DNA of 64,000 nucleotides from a virus (taxonomy: Duplodnaviria > Heunggongvirae > Uroviricota > Caudoviricetes). The stretch lies in IMG/VR virus record IMGVR_UViG_3300032007_000003, positions 64,001-128,000 of that record; one strand, given 5' to 3'. Both the position numbers and the translations under genes were made by a program. The notes under the pieces are model-generated. The model was not told where the DNA came from. It did not search any database and saw only the letters and a list, made by a program, of their open reading frames with translations. Position 1 is the first letter of the stretch, and every line of letters starts with the position of its first letter. Positions 49,040 to 58,445 of this stretch are shown in pieces.

Positions 49040-49789
49040 ATGAAAATAGTTAAAATAAACGAATCTCAAAAGAAAAGATTATTTGAAGCATATAGGGAAG
49101 GTTTCTCATTTGACGAGTTATCGGTGCTTGGAAATGATGCTTTTTCTGATGAGGAATATAGTGGAAAGTTACAATTCGAATATTGTAGGAAATGGTTGGG
49201 TGAACCAGTTGCAAGAGGTACTTCTAGATGCATATTCATGTTAAGTGATAATCTAGTTCTTAAGTTGGCATGCGGTAGATATGAGGCAGGAAAGGCTCAG
49301 AATCGTCTTGAATGTCAGTTATATGAGGATAATCCTTCACCTTTAATGGTGAGAATATTTGGAAATGATGATAATTTTTCATATGTAATTTGCGAGAATG
49401 TTGTACCTGCACAAGACATTGATTTTGAAAAGATTATAGATATTCCATTTTATTACAGATATTATAAACAAATGGGTTCTGAATATGTTAATTATTTTGA
49501 AAATCCAAAAGGAAGCTATAATGAAGTTCCTTTTAATGTACATGATGTAGTATGCTATTTAGAGGCAAACTATTGTGTTGGCGAAGGCTATTATCATAAG
49601 GAAATAGAAGAATACATAAGGAAAAACCCTTGGCTGAAAGAACTTAAGACATTCATCATGAATACACAGATTGGTGATTTAACTAAACCTGATAACTATG
49701 GCATTGTGAATAGAGATGGTAAACCAATGATTGTAATTCTCGATGCTGGAATGAACTTAGAAAATTGGGAGACATATTATCGTGGCTAA
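49040..49789 (+). CDS. protein kinase-like protein with N-terminal tag
   Basis: ARGTSR loop, VLKLA lysine, QNRLE helix-C Glu, GDL...NYG catalytic loop and ILDAG; ATATTTATA at 49011-49019. Confidence 0.7.
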   Translation: MKIVKINESQKKRLFEAYREGFSFDELSVLGNDAFSDEEYSGKLQFEYCRKWLGEPVARGTSRCIFMLSDNLVLKLACGRYEAGKAQNRLECQLYEDNPSPLMVRIFGNDDNFSYVICENVVPAQDIDFEKIIDIPFYYRYYKQMGSEYVNYFENPKGSYNEVPFNVHDVVCYLEANYCVGEGYYHKEIEEYIRKNPWLKELKTFIMNTQIGDLTKPDNYGIVNRDGKPMIVILDAGMNLENWETYYRG

Positions 49790-50324
49790 TTTAAAATTTA
49801 ATACAAAAAACATAAGACGTGTTCCGATTAATAGAAACAGTCTTTTTTATGATGCAGATATGTTTGCATTGGAGAGAGAAATTGGAAAGGACTATATCGA
49901 ACAAGATATGGGGCAAACTGTTGTGCTTTATCAAGTTGATGCCTCACAAACACAAACTGATGCTGTGTATGGTGAAACAGACACTGATAATGTGGCATTC
50001 AAGACGCCAGTTGAAATTCCATGTACATATAAGATTGAACAACCAGAGTTAAAGTCATATGACAAATCAAAGCAACTTGGTACTTATATGAAAACAGGTA
50101 AACTCACCATAGGTGTATATCAAGAAACTCTTGTTGAACTTAATGTTGAGATTAAGAAGGGTGACTATATTGGTGTACAAATATCTCCAGAACATATGGA
50201 ATTCTTCGTAGTCAATAATGACGGTAAGAATAATTATGATAATGCTCATTCACTATGGGGCACAGTTCCATTGTATAGAACAATACAATGTTCACCAGTT
50301 GATACTAGTGAATTTAAGGCTTAA
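49782..50324 (+). CDS. putative head-closure / neck protein
   Basis: GQTVVLY, DAVYGE and L.ELNVEIKKGDYI resemble gp14-like neck proteins. Confidence 0.5.
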   Translation: MANLKFNTKNIRRVPINRNSLFYDADMFALEREIGKDYIEQDMGQTVVLYQVDASQTQTDAVYGETDTDNVAFKTPVEIPCTYKIEQPELKSYDKSKQLGTYMKTGKLTIGVYQETLVELNVEIKKGDYIGVQISPEHMEFFVVNNDGKNNYDNAHSLWGTVPLYRTIQCSPVDTSEFKA

Positions 50325-50356
50325 ACTAATATTTATATTAAAATACATATTTAATT

Positions 50357-50731
50357 ATGACACAGATTATAAGATTAACAGAATCAGATTTACATAAAAT
50401 CGTAGAAGAAACTGTAAGACGTACAGTTGATGAAGGTTGGGGCAAGGATGCTCTTAAGACAGCAGGACTTGGTGCAGCACTTGGTTTAGGTGCAGCTGGA
50501 ACACTTGCAACAGATAATCCAATCTCAAGAGGTCTTGATAGGCAATTCGCAGACCAAGAGGAAGTGGGAAGAGCATTCCCAGAGGATAGAGCAGAATTTG
50601 GTAAGGCTTTAAGTCCTAGAGGAAACGCTGAAGATAATACTATTTCTTGGGAAAAGGCTAATCAATTTGAAGGGAAGATTAGTAAAGCAATTACTGAATC
50701 AATTAACAAATACCTTAAGGAAAATGTGTAA
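50357..50731 (+). CDS. hypothetical late protein with IIRLTESDL tag
   Basis: ATATTTATA at 50329-50337; Gly/Ala hydrophobic segment. Confidence 0.65.
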   Translation: MTQIIRLTESDLHKIVEETVRRTVDEGWGKDALKTAGLGAALGLGAAGTLATDNPISRGLDRQFADQEEVGRAFPEDRAEFGKALSPRGNAEDNTISWEKANQFEGKISKAITESINKYLKENV

Positions 50732-50735
50732 TAAA

Positions 50736-50769
50736 GAAAGAGTGAGGAACAATCCCCACTCTTTTTTTT
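50736..50769. terminator. bidirectional intrinsic terminator
   Basis: AAAGAGTGAGGA...TCCCCACTC followed by a T-run. Confidence 0.65.
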
Positions 50770-50774
50770 GTTTT

Positions 50775-51989
50775 TTATTTTCTAGCTATTTGCTTATATA
50801 ATTCAACTCTATCCTTACATATTGCCTCAAGTGAATACTTGTCTTTAACAAAGTTATACAAATTGTCTTGTAGTTTCTTAAGCATATCCCTATCATTAGC
50901 AAGCTTATTGATGTACTTAGCCCATTGCTTATGATTCTTAGAAGAATCTACTAGAAGTGCAGTACCTTCCTCATTAATCTTACCACCTTTCTCAATCATA
51001 GGTACTAAATTAATGGTATATGCTCCAAAGTTCTGTGCTATAAATGCAGTATGAGTAAATCCACACTCAATTTCCTTAAGCTCAGATTTAACGCTATTAA
51101 ACTCATTCTCTTTCAATGGTGCGATAAGTACATCAACATTAGCATAGTGTGTGGCATATTTATTGATATCCCTAGTCCACATTCTACGGTATGATTCATT
51201 TGTGAATGGGTCATCAGTATATGCAATATATTTCATAAGGAAGTCCTTATGTTCTAGCGATACATTCTTATAGTTATCAGTGAAAATCTTCTCATAATCA
51301 CACCACACACTTTCCTCTGGCAGTATTGGACGTGTTGTCTTCTCACCAGTTTGTTGGTTATAGATTGTTCTATTACCTCTAGTATCGAAACCACATAATA
51401 CAAATTGTACCTTATCTTTATCGATTTGTTTTGCAATACCATCAAGTAATTGTAAATCCTTTAGGTGTGAAGAACCACAAATGATACCAACTCTAAGTTT
51501 ATCAGTAGGTGGTGTCTTTGGAACTGTATATTGTTCCTCATTTGGATTAATACCATTAGGGAATACCGCAACATTCTTATTATACTTCCTAAGCATATTA
51601 GCAAAGATTGGTGTTGTGGTTGTTACATAATCAGCCCTCTTTAAGTGATTAATAATTGGCTCATGCCATCTTTCCTTCTTTGCGGTTAGCGACATTGGAT
51701 GGTCTTCTCCAAGTTTAAAGTGGTCATCAACATCAATGATTACTGGTATGCCCAAGAACTTAATCATATCCATGATTTTACACTCTTTGTCAAGTTGCTT
51801 GTGTATGTGAATAAGGTCATATTGTTTTAAGAAAGTCTCAAGGTCTCCGTTTGGCATACTGTAAACAATATCTACATCAAATTCATCGCCATAGTGCTCT
51901 TGAATGTAAGTGTGTGGGTCTACTGAACGGAACTTACCCACACCAGTCCTATCACTAGGTATCACCAACATTTTAATTTTTTTATCCAT
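50775..51989 (-). CDS. GT-B (family 4-like) glycosyltransferase
   Basis: GVGKFR, IIDVDD, ADYVTTTT, FPNGI and DVLIAPL...FN..KSELK.IE. Confidence 0.85.
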   Translation of the reverse strand: MDKKIKMLVIPSDRTGVGKFRSVDPHTYIQEHYGDEFDVDIVYSMPNGDLETFLKQYDLIHIHKQLDKECKIMDMIKFLGIPVIIDVDDHFKLGEDHPMSLTAKKERWHEPIINHLKRADYVTTTTPIFANMLRKYNKNVAVFPNGINPNEEQYTVPKTPPTDKLRVGIICGSSHLKDLQLLDGIAKQIDKDKVQFVLCGFDTRGNRTIYNQQTGEKTTRPILPEESVWCDYEKIFTDNYKNVSLEHKDFLMKYIAYTDDPFTNESYRRMWTRDINKYATHYANVDVLIAPLKENEFNSVKSELKEIECGFTHTAFIAQNFGAYTINLVPMIEKGGKINEEGTALLVDSSKNHKQWAKYINKLANDRDMLKKLQDNLYNFVKDKYSLEAICKDRVELYKQIARK

Positions 51990-52072
51990 ATTTTAATATA
52001 TTAAAACAATTATTGTCTTGTATTATTTTACAAATAATAACAAATTATTATGGATAAATCAATAATTAAAAC

Positions 52073-52104
52073 AAAAAAGAGTGTTAACCGTTAACACTCT
52101 TTCT
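52073..52104 (-). terminator. intrinsic terminator
   Basis: AAAGAGTGTTAAC/GTTAACACTCTTT inverted repeat. Confidence 0.6.
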
Positions 52105-52788
52105 TTTATCATTCACATTACCTACTTTTTTCATTGTGCATTCATATAAATCTCCATTTTTTGCTAAGAATCTGAAAGATTTACCGATTGATATTGTATT
52201 TACCTCATTACCATCTTGCCTTCCTTCAGACACAATCTTCTTATTAAGGGAAACAGCATACTTTCTTACAATTTCCTCAACAATTGTCCTAATCATTGGA
52301 TAATCAACTTGAGGTGCTGCTGCATATTGCATCTGTGGTTGAGGTGCATACTGCTGTTGCACACCTTCATTAACGATTTGTCTTACGTTCTGTGGAGGTG
52401 TATATGTTGGTTGCTGTGGTACAGCATCCATCATTCCTTCGGTAAGGAATGAAAGGTCACGATTATCACCGCCACCAAATGCAGCATATAGGTCTGATTC
52501 ATCAATTGGATTAGACATAAACGCTTCTCTGATTGCGGCTGGTACGTTTGCAGCATTTTCACCCATTTGTCCACCGAATGAAGGTGGTGCTTGGGTCTTC
52601 CTATTCCTAGCTGTTGTCATCAAATCACTAGTTAGGGTATCTCCATTAAGTGACTCATTAATTCCGTCCTTGTGTCCTGCTGCAATTTTATCAAGAGTGC
52701 CATTTGCTTCTAATTTCATGAGCTTTGCTGCTCTAGACATCGATTCATTTAATCTAGCCCTCTTTTGTTCTTCAGTCATATTTGCCAT
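52084..52788 (-). CDS. hypothetical late protein (several LNE/LTE motifs)
   Basis: 234-aa ORF with Q/P-rich linker. Confidence 0.6.
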   Translation of the reverse strand: MANMTEEQKRARLNESMSRAAKLMKLEANGTLDKIAAGHKDGINESLNGDTLTSDLMTTARNRKTQAPPSFGGQMGENAANVPAAIREAFMSNPIDESDLYAAFGGGDNRDLSFLTEGMMDAVPQQPTYTPPQNVRQIVNEGVQQQYAPQPQMQYAAAPQVDYPMIRTIVEEIVRKYAVSLNKKIVSEGRQDGNEVNTISIGKSFRFLAKNGDLYECTMKKVGNVNDKRKSVNG

Positions 52789-53507
52789 TATCTTCTGTTG
52801 TTATTTAAAAAATCATTTTCATCGAAATCTACTTCGTCAGAATCATAACCCTTATCCATTACTGGTCCTTTTTGTGGCTTTGTTAAAGTCCTTTCAGCAT
52901 CATCAAGGTCAAATAAACGCCAAAAGTCTTCACCTTTTTTTGGAGTATTTTCTATATTCTGCCTAATCATATCATATTTTCTACTATTAGGCTGAGATGT
53001 ATAGACATTTTTCTTCCATTGTTGTGTTACTCTTGGTTGTCCTACTGGACCTTTTGTTGCATTTTGTTGCTGACCAACTTTTACGTCATTTTGGAATTGC
53101 ATTCTTTGTCTATCCAATGGGCTGATAAAGTTATCTAATTTTGCATTATCATAGAATGTACCCATTGTTTTATCACCAGTAAGATTGTATTCACCGAATG
53201 AACTTGGTGGTGCTTCAAAAAATTTCTTGTTTTTCATTGGAATCCAAGAAACGATTCTATCAAGTCTAAAGAATTTCCATTTTGGAGCACCTCTACGGCT
53301 TCCACCACCTTCTTGAAACGCTCTAACAACAGGATAACCTTTCTTCGTTGTACCTATTGCAAAAGGTTTAATGACACGACTACCCTTTGGATTTCCAGCA
53401 TCATCACCTTGTCCGTCATCGTATCTGATGCGGACTTGATATTTGTTTTGGATTGCATCAAGAACAGCATTAAACGCTACTTCTTCATTTAAAAGGCAGT
53501 TTGCCAT
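52788..53507 (-). CDS. WYL-domain-like protein
   Basis: AI.NK..VRIRY...R.IKP...WKFFRLDRI. Confidence 0.65.
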   Translation of the reverse strand: MANCLLNEEVAFNAVLDAIQNKYQVRIRYDDGQGDDAGNPKGSRVIKPFAIGTTKKGYPVVRAFQEGGGSRRGAPKWKFFRLDRIVSWIPMKNKKFFEAPPSSFGEYNLTGDKTMGTFYDNAKLDNFISPLDRQRMQFQNDVKVGQQQNATKGPVGQPRVTQQWKKNVYTSQPNSRKYDMIRQNIENTPKKGEDFWRLFDLDDAERTLTKPQKGPVMDKGYDSDEVDFDENDFLNNNRR

Positions 53508-53516
53508 GTCTTAATA

Positions 53517-53858
53517 TTAGTCTTTTTCGTTATATGGGTTATAGTTAACCTTCATATTCATTTCATCCAAACGACTCTGAGGTGTGACATTCATACTTTG
53601 TCCTGCATATAGTTCATTAAGTTGGTTCTGATATGTGTTATCAACAATCAATGATTTTAATGCTTCCAACTTTCTCTGCATCTTTCTGTCAGCGAAGAAA
53701 GCGTTGGTCTCAGCAATTGCTTGTCTTGTCTCTTCCTCGTTCAATTCCTTCTTTACATTAGCCTTTTTGATTGAATCAACCCTCTTGTCAACAAGTTCCA
53801 TTCCAATGAGAATGTTCTTTGCTAGCCTATGTAATCTATCATTATCATAACTTCTCAT
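53517..53858 (-). CDS. hypothetical protein
   Basis: 113-aa ORF. Confidence 0.55.
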   Translation of the reverse strand: MRSYDNDRLHRLAKNILIGMELVDKRVDSIKKANVKKELNEEETRQAIAETNAFFADRKMQRKLEALKSLIVDNTYQNQLNELYAGQSMNVTPQSRLDEMNMKVNYNPYNEKD

Positions 53859-53884
53859 AATTTATTTATTTAAAACTGAATGTA

Positions 53885-54307
53885 TTAAGTGGTCGTTTTC
53901 TGACCAATTTGCTGACCTACGAAATATTGTCCATCATCTACATTCTTAGTTGTATCAACAAGGTTTGTACCATAAGGATTTTCCTTGTTATATATTGAGA
54001 TTGCCATTGCCCTCTCACGTCCACTGATTCCATTTCTACCCTTTATATCGTAGTAGCCACCACCATTTTCGGTATCGAAATTGCTATAGTTAATCTGTGA
54101 TGTTGGTTTTGTACAATCTGGTAAGAAGTGTGTATGACCGCCATGTAGAGTTCCTTTACCTTGTGCGTCACCGTCACTTACTGCATCTTGGTGAGTTGCA
54201 CTGTATTGATTCTCGATGTTGTAGTCACTACGAGTAATCTCTTGGTGTCTCTCTTCCATGCCTCTCTTTTCAAGACAAGTCTGCCCGTTCTGAACTGTAT
54301 TTGCCAT
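53885..54307 (-). CDS. hypothetical late protein
   Basis: 140-aa ORF; CTATTTATA on the minus strand at 54342-54350. Confidence 0.65.
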   Translation of the reverse strand: MANTVQNGQTCLEKRGMEERHQEITRSDYNIENQYSATHQDAVSDGDAQGKGTLHGGHTHFLPDCTKPTSQINYSNFDTENGGGYYDIKGRNGISGRERAMAISIYNKENPYGTNLVDTTKNVDDGQYFVGQQIGQKTTT

Positions 54308-54363
54308 ATTCTTTATAAAATTTAAGTAATTTATTTTCTATTATAAATAGTTAATTGTAAATA

Positions 54364-54765
54364 TTATAGTTCTTCAACCTTAGATTTACCCTCTAAAGTT
54401 TCGATTTTTGTATTTAATTTATCTCTTTTCTCTCTTAGTTTGTCCAATTTAGTCTTGTTGGCTTTCTCTTCTTTCTTTTTAGCAGCTTCCATTTGGTCTT
54501 GAACACTCTGGTTAGTGCTTCCAACTGGAAACTCATTCTGAATCATGTATTCGGCATCAACCAATGTCTTTGTATATTGTAAGTCTATCTTCCATTCATT
54601 TCTGTATAGATGCTCATTCCTAGCCTCAATACCGAATCTTTCAAGACAAGTTTGTTTACCACCTATGCTAGCATTAGAAGATGGCTGCTGTGACTTCGTA
54701 CCACCCATTATATTCTCAATGGTATTGCCAATCTTTTTAAGTGTATTATCTATTGTGTTTGCCAT
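54364..54765 (-). CDS. hypothetical protein, partial paralog of 53885..54307
   Basis: Shared MANT start and QTCLE..G.E.R motif. Confidence 0.6.
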   Translation of the reverse strand: MANTIDNTLKKIGNTIENIMGGTKSQQPSSNASIGGKQTCLERFGIEARNEHLYRNEWKIDLQYTKTLVDAEYMIQNEFPVGSTNQSVQDQMEAAKKKEEKANKTKLDKLREKRDKLNTKIETLEGKSKVEEL

Positions 54766-56149
54766 TGTTCAACTTTATTAATTGTTCTTCAGTTATATAT
54801 ATTTTCTTACTGTTTTTCTTGATTTCTTCAGCAATACGGTCTAATGACTTACTTCCACCGACAACAAATATTGATGATAAATCACCTCTCATATGATAAA
54901 CATCCAATGCTCTGTTAACCAAAACCAATACTTTTTCTGGTGGTAAGTCTTCATTATATTCTGATAATACCTTCTCTAGAGGTTCCATTCCAAAGTCTGT
55001 AAACGCATCAGTTCCATCTGGCATTATCATCCAGTCATCAAATCCTATATAATATAACACATCGAACTCATTTGCAACCCAGAATATTTTACCACTATTA
55101 TTATCTATTTCGATTCTTTGATTCTTTTTTGTTGTGTTAAATTGCTCAATATAACTTATAATATCTCCATACATTTCATTAAATTTAGCCTTGTTTCTAT
55201 TCAAATCTTGCTGTGCTACCATTCTATCAGCTTCATTTTGAGAAATCCAAGGGAAATATGTTTGACCATATTTATCCACCGCTTCATCAATGAATATGTG
55301 TTCACCACCACATAATCTTACAACTTCTTCTGGAGTTATTTCAATTTTTGTCTTTTCTGAATCAACATGTGTTTCTCTATTACTGAAATAAGACTCAATA
55401 AAATCTGCATATTCATCATATGGAAAATAAGAACTATGCCCAGCTATATTGGTATTAGCCCTAAGAATTGCTGTATTTTTCATAATTATTCCCATCCATT
55501 GATAGATATATCTAACAGGAAACGTTGTCAATTTTCCATATTTTGTGAATTCCCTTAAAGCCTTTGCATACATGTCTGGATTAATCAACACACCCCAACT
55601 CTGTTTTCCATTTGGATTTGACATGAACTCATTGAAAACATAGTTTTCATCATATTCATAAATGTAATCATAATAAGGGTGTTCCTCATCAAAAGATTCG
55701 TTTATCTTCCTACTCTCAGTTTTAATCTTAGCTGTTGGTGTACTTTGCTTATTGATTTTTACATCACTAGGCTTAACACTTGCGGTAGGCTTTGGAGGTT
55801 CTATTGGAGATACCTCTGCTTGACTCCTAGCCCTTTCTACAGTTTTCTTGTAGAAATTGTAAGCTTTTTGACCACCTTGCGTTATATCGTTAGGATTCAT
55901 TCTCTGCATTCTTTTCTTTGCATCCTCGACACTAACATAGCTAGTATTCTGTTCCTTTCCATTCAAATTATCATTACCTTTCTTGTTATATGCCTTGGTA
56001 GACGCAAGACTCTTAAGGTTCTTGAGGTTATTTTTGGGCATGACTTTTTCTAGCGCATTATACCATGCACTATAGTATTGTCTATCCTTCAATGGAACTG
56101 GAGCCTTTCTTCTAGTTACCTTTTGTGAATCCTCTAAAAATAATGCCAT
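54746..56149 (-). CDS. hypothetical protein with internal and C-terminal tag motifs
   Basis: RKINESF and KKIYITEEQLIKL. Confidence 0.6.
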   Translation of the reverse strand: MALFLEDSQKVTRRKAPVPLKDRQYYSAWYNALEKVMPKNNLKNLKSLASTKAYNKKGNDNLNGKEQNTSYVSVEDAKKRMQRMNPNDITQGGQKAYNFYKKTVERARSQAEVSPIEPPKPTASVKPSDVKINKQSTPTAKIKTESRKINESFDEEHPYYDYIYEYDENYVFNEFMSNPNGKQSWGVLINPDMYAKALREFTKYGKLTTFPVRYIYQWMGIIMKNTAILRANTNIAGHSSYFPYDEYADFIESYFSNRETHVDSEKTKIEITPEEVVRLCGGEHIFIDEAVDKYGQTYFPWISQNEADRMVAQQDLNRNKAKFNEMYGDIISYIEQFNTTKKNQRIEIDNNSGKIFWVANEFDVLYYIGFDDWMIMPDGTDAFTDFGMEPLEKVLSEYNEDLPPEKVLVLVNRALDVYHMRGDLSSIFVVGGSKSLDRIAEEIKKNSKKIYITEEQLIKLNNGKHNR

Positions 56150-56151
56150 TG

Positions 56152-56400
56152 TTAAATTGTATTTGATGATTTTCTACCACCTACAGCACCCCACTGTTGT
56201 GGAGATTGTGCGTCTGCGAATTTCTCAGTATCCATTGGATTAGCCTTCTTAGGGCTTCCGTCCTTATCAGTTATTGTAGGTTGAAGCTCAACTTTGTCCA
56301 AACCATCATATTCTGGAATTGTACTCGTTCCAAAGTCTTGGTCTGTTACGCTTTCAAATAATCTTGTATACTGAGATTCATTCAAATTAATTATTTTCAT
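56152..56400 (-). CDS. hypothetical late protein with KIINLNESQY.RLFE tag
   Basis: 82-aa ORF next to the palindromic late motif. Confidence 0.6.
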   Translation of the reverse strand: MKIINLNESQYTRLFESVTDQDFGTSTIPEYDGLDKVELQPTITDKDGSPKKANPMDTEKFADAQSPQQWGAVGGRKSSNTI

Positions 56401-56419
56401 AATACATTCTTTTATTTGC

Positions 56420-56433
56420 TATAAATATTTATA
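56420..56433. promoter_or_regulatory. palindromic bidirectional late promoter TATAAATATTTATA
   Basis: Perfect 14-bp palindrome containing ATATTTATA on both strands, between divergent genes. Confidence 0.65.
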
Positions 56434-56455
56434 TTAAGCAAATAATGTATAAATA

Positions 56456-58444
56456 ATGGCAAATTTAAAGGTAAACAATTACAATAATCTATATTTGAGA
56501 ATTAACGGAGATGAATATTGGGACTTTTTCGTTAATAAGGATACTTATGGCTCATTTAAGATTAATGATGGTTTGTATGATGAATGTCTTATCTCATACA
56601 TAGATTTGTCAGATGAAGAATGTTTTGACTCTGATAATTGGATATATGGTAAAAGTGGCTATACATGGGATAAATCTTTAGCACTTGGATACACCTTATA
56701 TAATATAACATATACTGGAGTCGATAACGGTCTTTTTACCTATCGTAAAGATAGAATTACTAATAAAGATTTTCTAGAATTATTCCAAAATAATAAACTC
56801 ATAATTGAAGAAAATGACTATAGATTAAAACTTCATGCGGTGAGTGGAAACACGTTACAGTATGATTATCCACTTCATAAGGAAAACGGATATACAAAAC
56901 TTAATGGTGGTTTCTATCAAGGATTTTTCAAAACAGAATGTGATAAATATCAAATTTTGCCATTAGCATTTGAACATGGAGATACACTTAATTTAGAGTT
57001 TACATTGAAAAAATGTGATTTGGAGAAGGAATCTGACAAAACATTAAATGACAAATATCCAGAGAATAAAGGTATATTCTTCTATGTTGGTACTAGAGCA
57101 GAAAATAAGTGGATTTATCTCTATGATAAAGATGATGTAGATGGTCTTGAAGAATGTTATGAGTTAGGTGTAGATGACTTTGTTGAAGATGGAGAAATTG
57201 ATAAAAAAGACCACATAATTGGAAACTTTTATAGTCCAAATCCCGATTTTGATGGGTATGACCCATTTGAACTTGGTGACTACACAAACTACAATTACTA
57301 TGATGATGAGTTATATGCTGACGATTATTGTGATTGGAATGACATGTACGATTATCTAGAGATAGAATCTGAGAAAAAGCCTAAGACTATAGATGAGAAT
57401 GCAAAACATTCAACACTTACTTGGTGTTGTGGTGAAATAAATGAAGACGAATATATACTAAAACCTTGGTTTCGTGGTTGTGGATGTCCAATATCATATA
57501 AAAAAATAAAGAAAAAAGATGAAGACCCATTTGACCCAAATCCATTGAAGATGGGTACTGAATTTGGTGATGATTACATATTCGATACAAGTGAGGTTAT
57601 TGGACTTGATGAAGCAATAGATTATATTGAGGCAGAACTTGATATCACTGATTTTGAATATGAAACAGATAATGGATTCAGAGTTTCTGAAGGAAATCAA
57701 TACTATTTCTATACTGACAATAAGTTCTTATTCTTTGATAGAACAAAAACAGGTAAAACCGTTTCAAATTGGGTTGAAGGAACACAATTTATGTATAGTG
57801 GACGTAGAAGCAAATTCAAAGGTAATTTATTCATTTTAATGAATCGCACAAAGACTGGTTATACAGTTAATACTATTGATGAACTTCGTGACCAATCAGC
57901 AAACGAATATAATCCTTATAATGACTTATATAACAATGCCTTAGCCTTTAGAATCACTGATAAGGGCGAAATAGGCTATAGAATGCTTGTAATGGATTGT
58001 AAAAAGGAAGGAAGGGATAAAACAAGTATTATTGAGGGTTATTCATTTGAAAATGTAATACCTAATTGTGAATGGACAACTGTTAATGTTAAGATTATGT
58101 TTACATTTGGAAAAATGAAACTAATGTTCTATGTGAATGGTAAATTGGTTTACATTACCAAAGACCTTCCAATGCTCAATCTCAAGGCTCTTAACGAGAT
58201 ATACGATAAACAAGAGGGCGTGCCATATAATATATCTCTTGGTGGTGGAACACAAGGACTTGCAGAAACAATTTTACAAAATTATATGTTGAATCCTACT
58301 AGAGTTTATCCACTTGAGAAGAACTTTGCAGGAACCTTCATCGGTTATATCTCTTCGTTCAAGATTTATAACTGCTTCATGGAACAGATGATTATCGAGC
58401 ATAATTTCAAATATGAAAATAATAAATTAAAATTAATAAGCTAA
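56456..58444 (+). CDS. probable virion protein (lectin/LamG-like beta-sandwich with acidic insert)
   Basis: LMFYVNGKLV, ISLGGG and FIGYISSFKIY resemble the LamG C-terminal strands; D/Y-rich central region. Confidence 0.45.
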   Translation: MANLKVNNYNNLYLRINGDEYWDFFVNKDTYGSFKINDGLYDECLISYIDLSDEECFDSDNWIYGKSGYTWDKSLALGYTLYNITYTGVDNGLFTYRKDRITNKDFLELFQNNKLIIEENDYRLKLHAVSGNTLQYDYPLHKENGYTKLNGGFYQGFFKTECDKYQILPLAFEHGDTLNLEFTLKKCDLEKESDKTLNDKYPENKGIFFYVGTRAENKWIYLYDKDDVDGLEECYELGVDDFVEDGEIDKKDHIIGNFYSPNPDFDGYDPFELGDYTNYNYYDDELYADDYCDWNDMYDYLEIESEKKPKTIDENAKHSTLTWCCGEINEDEYILKPWFRGCGCPISYKKIKKKDEDPFDPNPLKMGTEFGDDYIFDTSEVIGLDEAIDYIEAELDITDFEYETDNGFRVSEGNQYYFYTDNKFLFFDRTKTGKTVSNWVEGTQFMYSGRRSKFKGNLFILMNRTKTGYTVNTIDELRDQSANEYNPYNDLYNNALAFRITDKGEIGYRMLVMDCKKEGRDKTSIIEGYSFENVIPNCEWTTVNVKIMFTFGKMKLMFYVNGKLVYITKDLPMLNLKALNEIYDKQEGVPYNISLGGGTQGLAETILQNYMLNPTRVYPLEKNFAGTFIGYISSFKIYNCFMEQMIIEHNFKYENNKLKLIS

Positions 58445-58445
58445 T

